A stretch of 64,000 bases of DNA from Chlorokybus atmophyticus. Taxonomy: Eukaryota; Plantae; Mesostigma and Chlorokybus algae. Both the position numbers and the translations under genes were made by a program. Positions 1 to 11,264 of this stretch are shown here, piece after piece (the stretch's first letter is position 1; the number at the start of each line of letters is the position of its first letter). The notes beneath the pieces are model-generated. The model was not told the DNA's origin. It searched no databases and saw only the letters and a program-made list of their open reading frames with translations. The stretch spans positions 1,470,744-1,534,743 of the forward strand of contig RHPI01002069.1 of assembly GCA_009103225.1 (NCBI GenBank). The letters run 5' to 3'.

Positions 1-555
1 CCGACATGCCTACTTCTGTGAAGGTTGGTGGTGCTTCCGCCGCACACACACACACACAGCGACCATGCACTTGTGGCTGAATTTGATGGTCATCTCATTC
101 CCCTACTATGGACCTTTTAGGGTTCTTTAGCGAGTTATCATGCTTTATTTGTGTTGGACACCGCTACTACGCATAGCTTCATTTGTTAGTGAAACGCTTA
201 TCATTAGCTATGTTACCAGCAAACATGCTGTTGCATGCCGCAGAGCGTAACAGTTTGCCTTTATATGGCGTGGTCAATGCACGCATGCGCATTGGTGCAT
301 ACCCGGGCGTATTTAAGTTGTTGGTCACAGATTTTGAGATTGACAAGACTGATGATCATCCTGGGCTTGATTGGCAACAAGCTGTGCGTCTAACTCTAGA
401 CACGTATGCAAAAACATTGTCTGTACGCAAAGGTAAGCGTAGAATTATGCTCACCACCAAATTGCGACGAGCCTTGCCTGAGCCTGCAGGGCTTTTAAAT
501 GCTCCGCAAGCCAAACGTGTGTATCGCAAGCACAAATCAATGGCCTTTTGGGCTC

Positions 556-915
556 ATGTACGCGCTTCTTCTGATGCCACCAGCAATGCTATAAATGGCA
601 TACCTGAAATGTAACAAGTGGTGAACACATTCAGTAATGTGTTTGCTGACGCTTTGCCGGAACTACCACTGGATAGAGGTATTGGTCATACCATTCCTAT
701 CGAACCAGGTTCTGTCCCTCCTTCACGATCTACCTATGTACGCGCTTCTTCTGATGCCATTAGCAATGCTATAAATGGCATACCTGAGATGCAACAAGTG
801 GTGAACACATGCAGTAATGTGTTTGCTGACGCTTTGCCGGAACTACCACTGGATAGAGGTATTGGTCATACCATTCCTATTGAACCGGGTTCTGTCCCTC
901 CTTCACGACCTACCT
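556..915 (+). repeat. 180-bp in-frame tandem duplication within pol
   Basis: The unit atgtacgcgcttcttctgatgcc... starts at both 556 and 736. The first copy has TAA where the second has CAA. Confidence 0.9.
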
Positions 916-2423
916 ACAGGCTTAGTTGTGTAGAGAGGGAAGAAATGGAATGGAAAAGCAGATCACTGAGTTATTGGCCAAACGTCTAACTTAGCTGCTA
1001 GAATTCAGCCAAGTAAATCCCCATACGGCTCTCCCATTCTCTTTGTGAAGAAGAAGAACGGGAAGCTACGCATGTGTGTGGATTATCGGGCACTGAACAA
1101 GATCACGGTCAAAAATAGGTACCCTTTACCTCGCATTGATGACATGCCAGACTCATTGTCGGGTAGTAAGTACTTTACATCACTCGATTTAACCAGTGGT
1201 TATCATTGGATCCGGTTGCATCTTGATGATGTATACAAGACTGCTTTCAGAACGCCAATTGGCCATTGCAAATACAAGGTGTTGCCGTTTGTTTTCACCA
1301 ACGTACCCGCTAAGCCGAGATGAATGCTGTGTTTGGCAACTTGCTTAGCAGGTTTGTAAAGGTCTACTTGGATGACATCATCATTCATAGTAAGAACCTA
1401 CATGAGCATAAACAACATGTGGCAATCGTGCTTAAGTGGATGCGAAAGCACAAGTTGTTTACCAACCTCAGCAAATGCAAGTTAGTAAGCAGGAGTTGCC
1501 ATATTTAGGGCACATTGTTGGTGATGATGGCATTAAGCCTGATCCTGCTAAAGTTGAAGTCGTGGAATATTGGCCTACGCCTCGCAATCAGCATGAGCTG
1601 ATGTCACTTTTGGGCCTAGCTAACTACTTCCGACGTTTTATACTCAACTACAATTCATTGACTTTGCCATTAACAACATTGTTGCGGAAAAGACAATGCT
1701 TTACATGGGATGCAAAACACGACGAATCGATGCACCTAATCAAGCATGCACTAACATCTGCACCTGTACTGGCAATGCCAGATATGAAAGAAACAATTCA
1801 CTGTGATTAGTGATGCGTCCAAGTTGGGGTGTGGTGCGGTGCTCATGCAAGATGATCGTGTGTGTGCTTATAAGTCTCGCAAATTCATTCCGATTGAGGT
1901 CAATTATACCACTACTAGGCAAGAACTATTGGGGGTGGTGCATGCAGTAAATACGTGGCATTGCTATCCCGAGGGCGCACACTTTACAGTGACAACAGAT
2001 CACAACCCTCTCGTGTTCTTTCAAACTCAGCCAATGCTTTCTCGTCGCCAGGCTCGCTGGAATGAGTTCTTGTCTCGTTTAAATTTCGGATGGTGCTATC
2101 GTCCAAGTCGTACGAAAGTGGCGGATTTGTTAAGCCGCATACCGGTGATAATCAACAGCATGCGGGCATACATCAACGCCGTTGTTGCTGTTACACCGGA
2201 CACATCATTCTTGTCACGTGTCAAGACTGTGAAAAAGTGACCCTTGGTTTAACAACCATGAGCACGTAAAGGGCCTTAAGTTGCGGGATGGATTATAGTA
2301 CAAGGGCAATGCTCGTATATTACCTGATCATGATGGCTTGCGCATTGAGTAGATCACTAGTATGCATGACCCCCCCCCCCCCCCCCCCCNNNNCCCCCCC
2401 CCCCCCCCCCCCCCCGCATGCTG

Positions 2424-2555
2424 TGTCAAAAGGAATAGCCAAACTCCCCTTTTAATTCTCTACCCCAACACCCACGTCCACGACCCTACCAACGCCGTCA
2501 GTTTTGCCGGTCCAAGATACCGCTGCAACCCGGGCCTTATTGGCCCGGGTTGACA
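2424..2555 (-). mobile_element. 132-bp LTR-like fragment (TGTCAA...TTGACA) inserted antisense in the integrase
   Basis: Its left ~75 bp match the reverse complement of the LTR end at ~4700-4778. It contains an 11-bp hairpin. No TSD is visible. Confidence 0.7.
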
Positions 2556-3616
2556 GTGGATGTCGATCGATATGTTGCGACATGCGATGCATGTCAGCGC
2601 AACAAACTGAGACGGTAAAGAATGTCCGGCCTTTTGCAGCCACTGTCTGTCCCATCGCTGAGTTTGGAGAGTGTCAGTATGAATCTGATTACTGAGCTAC
2701 CTGCGACTACTTCAGGCCATACAGCAATTGTGGTGTTTGTGGATCGTCTCATCAAGATGATTCGCCTAGCTCCTTGCCATACGGACACGGGTGCTCGGGA
2801 ATTAGCTATGCTATTCCTCTCCTCAGTGTTCCGTCTACATAGTTTGCCACGCAACATTGTATCAGATAGAGATCTGAGACTTTAAGTCTTGATTTGGGAG
2901 ATCAGTGTGTGACTTCTTGCACATTGACCAACACATGAGCACTGCATTTCATCCTCAAACGGATGGGCAAACCGAACGAGCCAACCAGATTGTGGAAGAG
3001 ACTTTGCGACATTATGCTGCACCTAATCAATTTGATTGGGATGTCTATCTGACAATGGCAGAATTTGCTATTAATAATGCTTGGCAAGTGAGCAACAATG
3101 ACATACCCTTCTTTACAAACTATGGCAAACACCCGTTGGGGGTGGCTGATAAAAAGTTGCCACCTAGTGATAAGGTGCCAGCTGCACGCGAACTTGCCAT
3201 TGAATTGCAATCACGCACGCAACGAGCACGCAAGTGCATGCGTGCGGCGCAAGATCGATACAAAGCGTATGCTGATAAGCATCGGCGTAATGTTGAGTTT
3301 GAAATCGGTGATAAGGTTTGCTAAGCAGCAAAAACTTGTCAACTTGTGAAAGCAAAGGGTACCCGCAAACTCATGCCACGCTTTGTGGGACCGTTCGCAA
3401 TACGCGAGCGAGTTGGCAAATTTGCATACCGGTTGGAGTTGCCAGCATCGATGGGAAAGATACATGATGTATTGCCTGTGAGCCTCCTTGCATCCTATCA
3501 TGCTGGTGGACGGACTCAACCCCCACCTCCTGCTATTGTCTGGAATGATAGTGAGGACCAGGGTTATGAGGTGGAGGATAGACTTGATCATAGGAAAGAT
3601 AAGCGTGGACGCGCGT

Positions 3617-3672
3617 CTATAGATAGATAGATTATTATATAGATAGATAGATAGATTATTATATAGATAGAT
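3617..3672. repeat. (ATAG)n/AT microsatellite disrupting the chromodomain
   Basis: The repeat sits between the RGRAS and LVKWKG codons. The homologous chromodomain at 6368-6571 reads RGRAPTYLVKWKG. Confidence 0.85.
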
Positions 3673-3901
3673 TTGGTCAAGTGGAAAGGGTGTGGTGTTG
3701 AGCACAACACATAGGAGCCCGAAAGGAACTTGACAAACTGCCAGCAGAAGCTTCGGGATTTCAACTGTCGTTAGCGTGTGTGCCCACCGCACTACTGACA
3801 GGGCGTGGGGCAGCATGTCTTCAGTGTGCAACCCTCGTCCCTTTATGATCGGATCCGGCTGTTGGCGTGATCAACTAACGGCGTCGGGAGCCGCTTTCTT
3901 T

Positions 3902-3910
3902 GAGGGGGGG
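3902..3910 (+). promoter_or_regulatory. Polypurine tract of Gypsy element 1
   Basis: GAGGGGGGG lies 3 nt before the LTR start TGTCAAGG at 3914. Confidence 0.8.
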
Positions 3911-3913
3911 CAA

Positions 3914-4778
3914 TGTCAAGGGCTTGTCCCTTAATAAGGGTTTTCACCTTGACATTAGTTTATATGACCTTAATTGGTCCATTATATGCCAAGTGTCACA
4001 GCCCACTCGACCACAAAAGACTTGGTGCTTTTATGGTCGATTTGTGGTAACTTCATGTACCTTCCCGTTACATTCCCCCCCACTTAAGAACGCTAACGCC
4101 CTCGGCAGCTGGCGCCCATCAGCTGGGGAATCTTCCCAGGGGTTTAATTTAGGGCCGGTCACCGGCCCCACCACCCAAAGACTGGCCAATTTATGCCCAT
4201 ACCGGTCAACGCGCGCATAGCGCACCGCTGCCGGCCCCACAAGTCGCATCGCGACAGGCAGGTCGTGTCCTGCCGCGCCGACTGAACTGGTCAGTCCAAC
4301 GCGACTGCCATTTGACAAGTCCCGACCTATCGATGATGGCACTTATGAAGCTACCATTTACGTTGTTGTTGGATCGAGAATCAATGACCGCGAAATTCGT
4401 GTGCAAGGCAGGAATTAAACCCGGGTCTCAAGCTCCGATACCAATGTCACAGCCCACTCGACCACAAAGACTTGGTGTTTTTATGATCGATGTGTGGTAA
4501 TTTCATGTACCTTCCCGTTACACCAAGCTCCATTGGTTCCTCGCTCTATGCTTGTTAGAACTCTTATGTGAGTCTTATTCAAGTTATGAGTCCCAACGGG
4601 CGACATCCATGACTCCTACCCTATTTAGTTGATATCAACCAGACCGGTCAAAGCTATGGCTGATAGCGAGTAGTGAGGGGAGATCCTTATCACGACAAGC
4701 ACGGCGGCGTTGGTAGGGTCATTGGCGTGGGTGTTGGGGTAGAGGATTAAAGGGGGAGTTTGGCTATTCCCCCTTACA
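3914..4778 (+). repeat. 3' LTR of Gypsy element 1 (~331 bp after removing the TRIM and one TSD copy)
   Basis: TG...CA ends, preceded by a PPT. Shares the gtcccaacgg motif and a GGGG-rich 3' end with the LTRs at 6024 and 10937. Confidence 0.85.
3994..4522 (-). mobile_element. TRIM (terminal-repeat retrotransposon in miniature), 529 bp
   Basis: Direct repeats at 3994-4072 and 4445-4522 (TG..CA ends, 4 substitutions and 1 indel). Minus-strand PBS TGGTATCGGAGCT at 4431-4443. Minus-strand PPT GTGGGGGGGAA next to 4073. 5-bp TSD CCAAG at 3989-3993 and 4523-4527. No recognisable protein in the interior. Confidence 0.93.
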
Positions 4779-6023
4779 CTCTGGGTGCGGGCTATCGGCA
4801 CCGGTGCCTCATGTCTCTCAGCTGGAAGTGTTGAGCGCATCGCATCCAAAGCTCCTCTGCTAGCTGGGTCTTAAATACCCCCTCATTGTCCTAGCCCTCT
4901 GCGAAATCGAACCTTGTCGTGATGGTTGGTAGAAACGGGGAGGACTTTGCACTCAGGGATCTGGCGCTGGCCGTGGTGGAGGTGATGGTGGATACCGCCT
5001 TTGAGAGGATGGAAGTATGCCTGCCGGCGTCCCCAATCGTTGTGAAGGAAAGCCCGGCAGACCCGGTTTTTTCGGGCCTGCCTCGCGTTCTGTTTGCTCT
5101 GCGGCGTAGCTCCATCGGACAGCATGAGCTGCCTCCCTGACCAATGTCCCTTCCCACATGGCTGTGGGCTCTGTGTCCACATCGGTCTGGTTGTGATATT
5201 GTGGTATGGGCTGCAAGTATACTGCGCGCAATAAATGCTGCCGCCTGTCGTGAGTGATGGTGGGGACTCGCAAGATCCCTGCCATGTAGGCATCCCACCT
5301 GCCTTGTACCACGCCCACATCGAGCACGGTCATGGCGCGCGCTCGTATGGTGCGTTGGAGGCCGGTCTGCTGCGCGTGTAGCTCGTGAGCGATGCGCCGG
5401 CGTTGCCACGCTGCTTTCACTTTCGGCAGCCGCAGCATTGCCTCCTGCACTCTCTCCGAAGTGTCTGGTGCAGTGGTCGCAGCATTGTATGCTTGCCGCA
5501 GCGAGCGGATGAATGCCCCCAACCATGATGCTCTGTTGCCAAAGGCGAACATGGGGACAGCGGGTGATTGGCGACGAGCTACGTGACGAGTCATGCTCGA
5601 GAGGCGCTGCCTTCTCGCATCCCCATCATCTATCTCAATGCACTGCCCTCAGGCCGGTGCAGCATGACTGCTTGCCATATGAGACGGGTACGGAGTTGTT
5701 GCTCTCCTACCATACCAGCTCCTCCTCGCTGGGTGGTGTCTCCTTGTGGGGTGAGGTAACCTTGCCTTGCATCCCGCTGATTATCGGGCATACCATTGAC
5801 CAGAGAGGGCAGTAGCGGGGCAATTACCCCCCTCAATTGTTGCGCCAACGCCCTTGCTTGGTCAGCAACATTTGTTGCCTTGGCTGTGTGATTGTGGTTT
5901 GCTGAGGCACCACGGCAAGTGCAGGGGAGGTGCCGCCGACATTTGACAGCCCGACCGGGTCCCGCGGGTTGCACCGCAGCGGTGCGTGCTGCTTCGCTTC
6001 ATCTGTCGGCGTGCGTCAACTTG
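4779..6023 (-). other. Unassigned ORF-like remnant between LTRs
   Basis: Overlapping minus-strand ORFs (4953-5594, 5630-5974) with no recognised domain. Possibly part of an older element that was inserted into. Confidence 0.25.
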
Positions 6024-6370
6024 TGTAACGGTGTGCTACCTCCATAGAGGTTCCTCGCCCTTGTTAAGGATTAGATTAGGGTCCCAACGGATATATCTAG
6101 CCAATTAAGCCGGATTGGAGCTGTTAACTTAGTGTTAAGGCCCTAATGTAGTGTTATTTATCTGTAACATTGATATAGCGGCGGCTGCGTTAGCAGCGCC
6201 GCCATGCGGTTGGATCATGTCTCATGTCAATTTCAACCGCATGGCGGCGCTGCTAACGCAGCAGCCGCTATAGCTAGGGGATCTTCGCTCCGGCAGTTGC
6301 CGCCGGCGGCGGCGGCGGCGGCGGCAGTGTTGGGGTAGGGGATTTAAGGGGGCGGTAGCACACCCTTTTA
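6024..6370 (+). repeat. LTR-family copy in + sense, with a 39-bp hairpin
   Basis: Begins TGTAACGGTGTGCTACC and aligns with the reverse complement of 10937-11264. Hairpin arms at 6174-6212 and 6234-6272 (1 mismatch). Confidence 0.85.
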
Positions 6371-9300
6371 CCGTCCGCGTGTGGACACATCACTCCAGTA
6401 CGCCCGAAGAATCTCTTGGCAGTTGGTAAGATTCCTTTCGGGTTCCCATGTGTTGTGTTCAACAGCATACCCTTTCCACTTCACCAAGTAAGTTGGCGCG
6501 CGTCCGCGTCGGGGCTTACGGTGACTCAGGATTGTTTCCACCTCGTACTCGAAAGTATCATCGCCATCCACTGCGACAGGGGTTGGAGGAGGTTGAACCC
6601 GACCGTCTGAACGGTACGTTTCAGTACACTCACATGAAACACATTATGTATACGTATGGAATGTGGTAACTCTAAACGATACACGTGAGTGCAAACCCGA
6701 TCAACCACTTTAAAGGGCCCTATACAGCGAGGGAAAACTTTTGGGTACCCACTCCTTTGATGGATATGTTTTTAGTGCTCTAAAGCACCGAATTGCCCAC
6801 ATCATAGTCAGCCTGCATACAATGCTTATCAGCTTGGGCTTTCCGTCTGTCTTGCGCTGCGCGCAGACAGCTCTTTGCCAATGCTAACCTGTCTTGCATG
6901 GCCGCAGCCATCTCGCGCTGCAGGCACGCGAGTCAAGTCGTTAGCTGGCAACTTAATACCCGCAGGATTTTGTGGATGCACTCCGTAATTGAATAAAAAT
7001 GGAGTTTCCTGCACGCTCTCTTGCCATGCATTGTTAATTGCGAACTCAGCCATTGGAAGATAAATATCCCAATCAGACTGATTCGGACTCACAATGCCGA
7101 ATGGCTTCCTCAATCACTTGATTGGCGCGTTCAGTCGGACCGTCAGTTTGCGGATTATAAGCGGTACTCATATGCTGCTGTATCTGCAGGAAGTTGCATA
7201 GCGACCCAAAACTGTCCAAATCTAAGCCACAAACCTCGGGTCACGGTTTGAGACAAGGTTGCGAGGCAAGCCATGCAACTTGAACACTGACGCGACAAAA
7301 ACCATCACTAGATCACGGGAGCCTATCTCCGTACGGCAAGGAACAATGTGAACCATTTTGGTTAAACGCTTCACAATTACTGAACACCCTTTCAGTAACA
7401 TCTCCATGTCTCAAGAGCATGAACTATACCCAATAGTTCTTGCTCTGTCGTGGTGTAGTTCACCTCTGCAGGAATGAACTTCCTACTCTCATAAGCACAA
7501 GGTCTACCATCTTGCAACGGTACCGCACCACACCCAAGTGTTGATGCGTCATTGACCACTGTGAAGTGTTTGTCCCAATTTGGCAGTGCTACCACCGGCG
7601 CCGATGTTAAAGCCAACTTCACCTTTTGCATAACAGCTTCTTGTGCTGCTGTTCAAGTGAATGGGGCATCTTTACGCAACAGTTTAGTCAAAGGCATGAC
7701 AACTGTCGAGTACCCCATCATGAACTTGGAAAAAATAGTTTGCCAACCCTAGAAACGACCTTAGTTGATGGATATTTTGAGGTTGGGGCCACTCTTTCAC
7801 AATCTGCACTATGCGAGGGTCAGGTTTGATACCCGCACCACTCACAATATGACCAAGAAAGGGCAACTCCGTGTTACAAAAATCACAATTGATGAGATTT
7901 GCCAACAAACGATGCTTGCGCAATCTTGGAAACAGCGCTTCCAAGTGTTGCCTGTGTTCTTCCTTTGTTTTACCTAAGACAATGATGTCATTCAAGTATA
8001 TAAGGACATGTTGACCAAGCAAATCATTGAAAACTTTATTCATTACCTTCTGATACACAGCGGGTGCATTAGTCAATCCAAAAGGTAACACTTTGTATTA
8101 ATAGCCCGTAGGTATCCTGAATGCTGTCTTACAGACATCCGAAGGATGAATCCGGATTTGATGATAGCCGCTTGTCAAGTCTAGCGTATTAAAGTGCGTA
8201 TTCCCTGACAACTTGTCAAACACATCATCAAACCTTGGCAACGGGTATTTGTTCTTTATCGTGATCTTGTTTAAAGCACGGTAATCCACACACATGCGCA
8301 ACTTCCCATTTTTTTCATAACAAACAATATGGGTGCGCCAAAGGGTGAAGAACTTGGTTCAATTAATCCCTTTTCCAATAACTCTTTTAATTATGTTTCC
8401 ATTTCCCCCCTCTCACGAGGGCTCAACCTATATGTAGACCGAAATTGAGGCTCACTATCAGGAATTAAAGGTATTGTGTGTCCGACACCTCCATCAGGGG
8501 GGGCAATTCATTTCATTAAACCAGGTTGCTGTATGTAACATTAGCAACTGGCCACTAGATGAAGGTACATCAGTCACGACGGAATCCTATTCAACCTTCT
8601 TGGCCTTGCCCTTTCCCTTGGTTGGGCAATTCTTCGCAATGTGACCTGGCAAATGGCACACGTAGCAGGCGCGTGCTGCAATAGGCGTAGCACCACTCGC
8701 AGGTGTGTATGAGGTCTCGACCTTTGTTGCCGCATGCGCACTTCGTGGAGGGACCCACTTCCCCCATGTGGCTTGACTGAAGCCACAACCTGCGACTTGT
8801 CCTGCACAACCGCAGCATCGTTGTTGAACAGATACACACTCAACCTCTGCAAGGTTGCGAGGTCCGCGAGAACTCACGGTTGCCCCGTCGACGTGTTGTA
8901 CTGCAACTGGTCGCGCAAGCGCGCATCTAAGCCGTGCTTGTACAGGTTAAACTGCTCAGCCTTGTCCATGGGCATGAGCCCACTGTTGACACGTCCAACA
9001 AGTGCCTGAAACTCCTGCAAGTACACTGAAGACGCCCGACCATTCTGTCGCAGCTTGGTAAGCTTGTTGCGAGCAGCAGTAGCCGGGTCCATGCCACCAT
9101 AGCGCTCCACCAAGAACCGAAACAATGCCTCCACAATCTTGGTAGCACCATCCTCTGTTTGACGTGCCCACTCGGCCAAAGCGTAAGATGGCATGAGCAA
9201 CTCAGCAACAGATGTATGCTCACTAACTGGTCGCTAAAGTGCAGCCAAGTAGCGCTTTACATTCACCACCCAATCATGAATGTTCACAGCCCCATTGGGC

Positions 9301-10644
9301 CTGAACTTCTCGGGCTTGTTCAGCGATGTGACGGGTAGGCTAATTGATGTCCCTGCTACAGTTGTGGTAGCCCCGGCCACCTGCTGGCGTAATGCCACCA
9401 ACTCGGACTACATAGCATCGAGGCGTGCAGTCAAGCGCTCTTCTCGAGCTAACTTCTCCTCCAGCTCAGGCCCCAAGTACCAGAAGAGGTCCTTGCAACG
9501 CTTTTGAGTTTCCACCTTCAATAAGGTGAGAGCCTCAAACGCCATCCATTGGCCTGGATACGGGCCTGGTTTGTCATAAATAGCCATAAGAGTGGCCACT
9601 GCTGGATCTGTGCGCATGAGTTGCGATATATTACGCGTCAACTCATGCTCAATCATGCGAATCATCTCCTTGCTTGCGCGCGGGGGTGCCGCGAAGTCCG
9701 TCTCATATGCATTACGCACTTGCTGCGCCCACTCGTCCCACACTTCCTTGCGAAGCTGGGGGTGTGCAGCAAGAAGAGCTTCACGCTCTGCGTACTTCGC
9801 TATGGCCGCCCCGATGATGCTCTGAGCGTCCATATGTTGGTTATCATGAGAGGACTTCTTTGGAGAAGCTTCACCACTCTTGGACTTGGCTTCTTTTCCT
9901 CCTCACTGACACTATAACCACCACTCGTTTCTGAGTGCTTCACTTCCTCATCACTTGATGGCTCATATGATGAATCCTTAGGAACGGGATTCATCCCTCC
10001 TTCCTCTCCTTGGTGAGACATCTGCCCAAGGAGACAAGCCGTCAAGAAGTTTGCAGTGCACGAGTGCACAAGCACACGAGTTGTGCACTCTGAAGTGTTA
10101 AGATTTATTGTTTCTTTCTCGTTGATTTCAAGGTGCTATACTTGGGTTAAACAGCATGTACAATAACTGCCAAACACCTCTTAACAAGACACTCGCTTGT
10201 AAACAAACCGCACGCGAATTTACGCGACGGTTCACTGAACCGTGTGGCACAAGCTACAACAACTCAAAGTTTTCACTTTGTACAACCCTGCTCAACTCAC
10301 AATTGTAAATGACTTAAAGGGTGCCAAACTCTCGTTAAATTAGCCCTACAGGCCGATATCAAGTTGTGAGTCGAGGGTTTGACATCAACCGCCCAGAATG
10401 AATCTGGCGGCCCTACCGCACTAAATGGCGGCCAAAACAGCCGAAATTGGCGTTAGACTGCTTTCTTCGGGTGGGAGAAATGTAAACAACCACAACCCCC
10501 CCTTACACCACCACGAATCCAAGTGGTGGCAGCCCCAACCACGAACACACTCACAAGTAATAATGTGATAATTACAAGTGATGTGCTGGGATGCAATACT
10601 TGAGGTGAGGCTGCCTGAGTGGCCGCCTCACCTTCACACTAACA

Positions 10645-10712
10645 AGCTAGGCTAGGCCAGGCAAGCTAGGCTAGGCTAAGCAAGCAAGGCAAGGCAAGGC
10701 TAGGCTAGGCTA
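10645..10712. repeat. Pentanucleotide (GCTAG/GCAAG)n repeat in the retroelement leader
   Basis: Visible run caagctaggctaggccaggcaagctagg... Confidence 0.8.
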
Positions 10713-10922
10713 CACCAACAACAGCAATTATACAACTATACAACAACAACAACTAGCTAACAACTACCACTACCCACCCTAGTGGGTAGCGGCTGCTAGC
10801 TGCCGCCGCTGCTGCCGCTGTCAGGCCGCCGGCCTGGCGTCGGCACTGAGCAGTGCCGACTGCCGCCTCTGCACCCCGCCGGCGCCAAAGCCGTCGCCGC
10901 CCCCCCAGGCCCCCACGTCCTC

Positions 10923-10934
10923 GCTCCGATACCA
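10923..10934 (-). promoter_or_regulatory. Primer-binding site (initiator tRNA-Met type)
   Basis: Minus strand reads TGGTATCGGAGC, 2 nt after the LTR end ...CTTACA. Confidence 0.9.
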
Positions 10935-10936
10935 CA

Positions 10937-11264
10937 TGTAAGAAGGGGGGTGCTACCGCCCCCTTTAATCCCCTAGCCCACCACCACCACCACAGCAACG
11001 TCGCCGCCGCCGCCGCCGCCGCTGGCAGCCAGGGGATCGAAAGATCCCCTGGCTATGGCGGTCGCTGCATTAGCAGCGCCGCCATGCGGCCGATATCGAC
11101 TCGAGACTCATGTCTCGAGTCGATATCGATGTTACATAACATAACACTTTATTAGGGCCTATAAAGGCCCTAATACAACTCTAATGGATGTGTTTATCCC
11201 GTTGGGACCCTTATTTCTCATTAAATAAGGGCGGGGAACCGCATAGCGGTAGCACTCCGTTACA
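10937..11264 (-). repeat. 5' LTR of Gypsy element 2 (328 bp)
   Basis: TGTAAC...CTTACA on the minus strand, followed by the PBS. Contains four perfect hairpins. Confidence 0.9.

Larger units (their letters stand above)
1..4778 (+). mobile_element. Decayed chromodomain Ty3/Gypsy LTR retrotransposon (chromovirus-type), cut off by the window start
   Basis: Domains in Gypsy order: protease motif LDTATTHSFI (~155-185), RT ([20 protein letters not shown]; 1045-1510), RNase H (DAS...TDH; 1803-2240), integrase (CDACQRNK, QTDGQTER, GPF; ~2560-3480), chromodomain (YEVE..LDH..LVKWKG..HNT.EP; ~3560-3750), then PPT and 3' LTR. Many stops and frameshifts. Confidence 0.95.
6368..11264 (-). mobile_element. 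Decayed chromodomain Ty3/Gypsy retrotransposon 2
   Basis: 5' LTR 10937-11264 and PBS 10923-10934. Gag 9833-8587 (retrotransposon-gag region and CYVCHLPGHIAKNC knuckle). RT ~8500-7684, RNase H 7631-7392, partial integrase ~7400-6600, chromodomain 6571-6368. The protease and the integrase zinc-finger region appear deleted. Confidence 0.95.

Noticed and set aside
3994-4522. Cassandra-type TRIM carrying 5S rRNA sequence
   Set aside because: The LTRs are only ~79 bp and show no recognisable 5S A/C-box sequence.
6024-11264. DIRS-like tyrosine-recombinase element, suggested by inverted termini
   Set aside because: The element carries a DDE-type integrase with chromodomain and a tRNA PBS, and no tyrosine recombinase motifs were seen.
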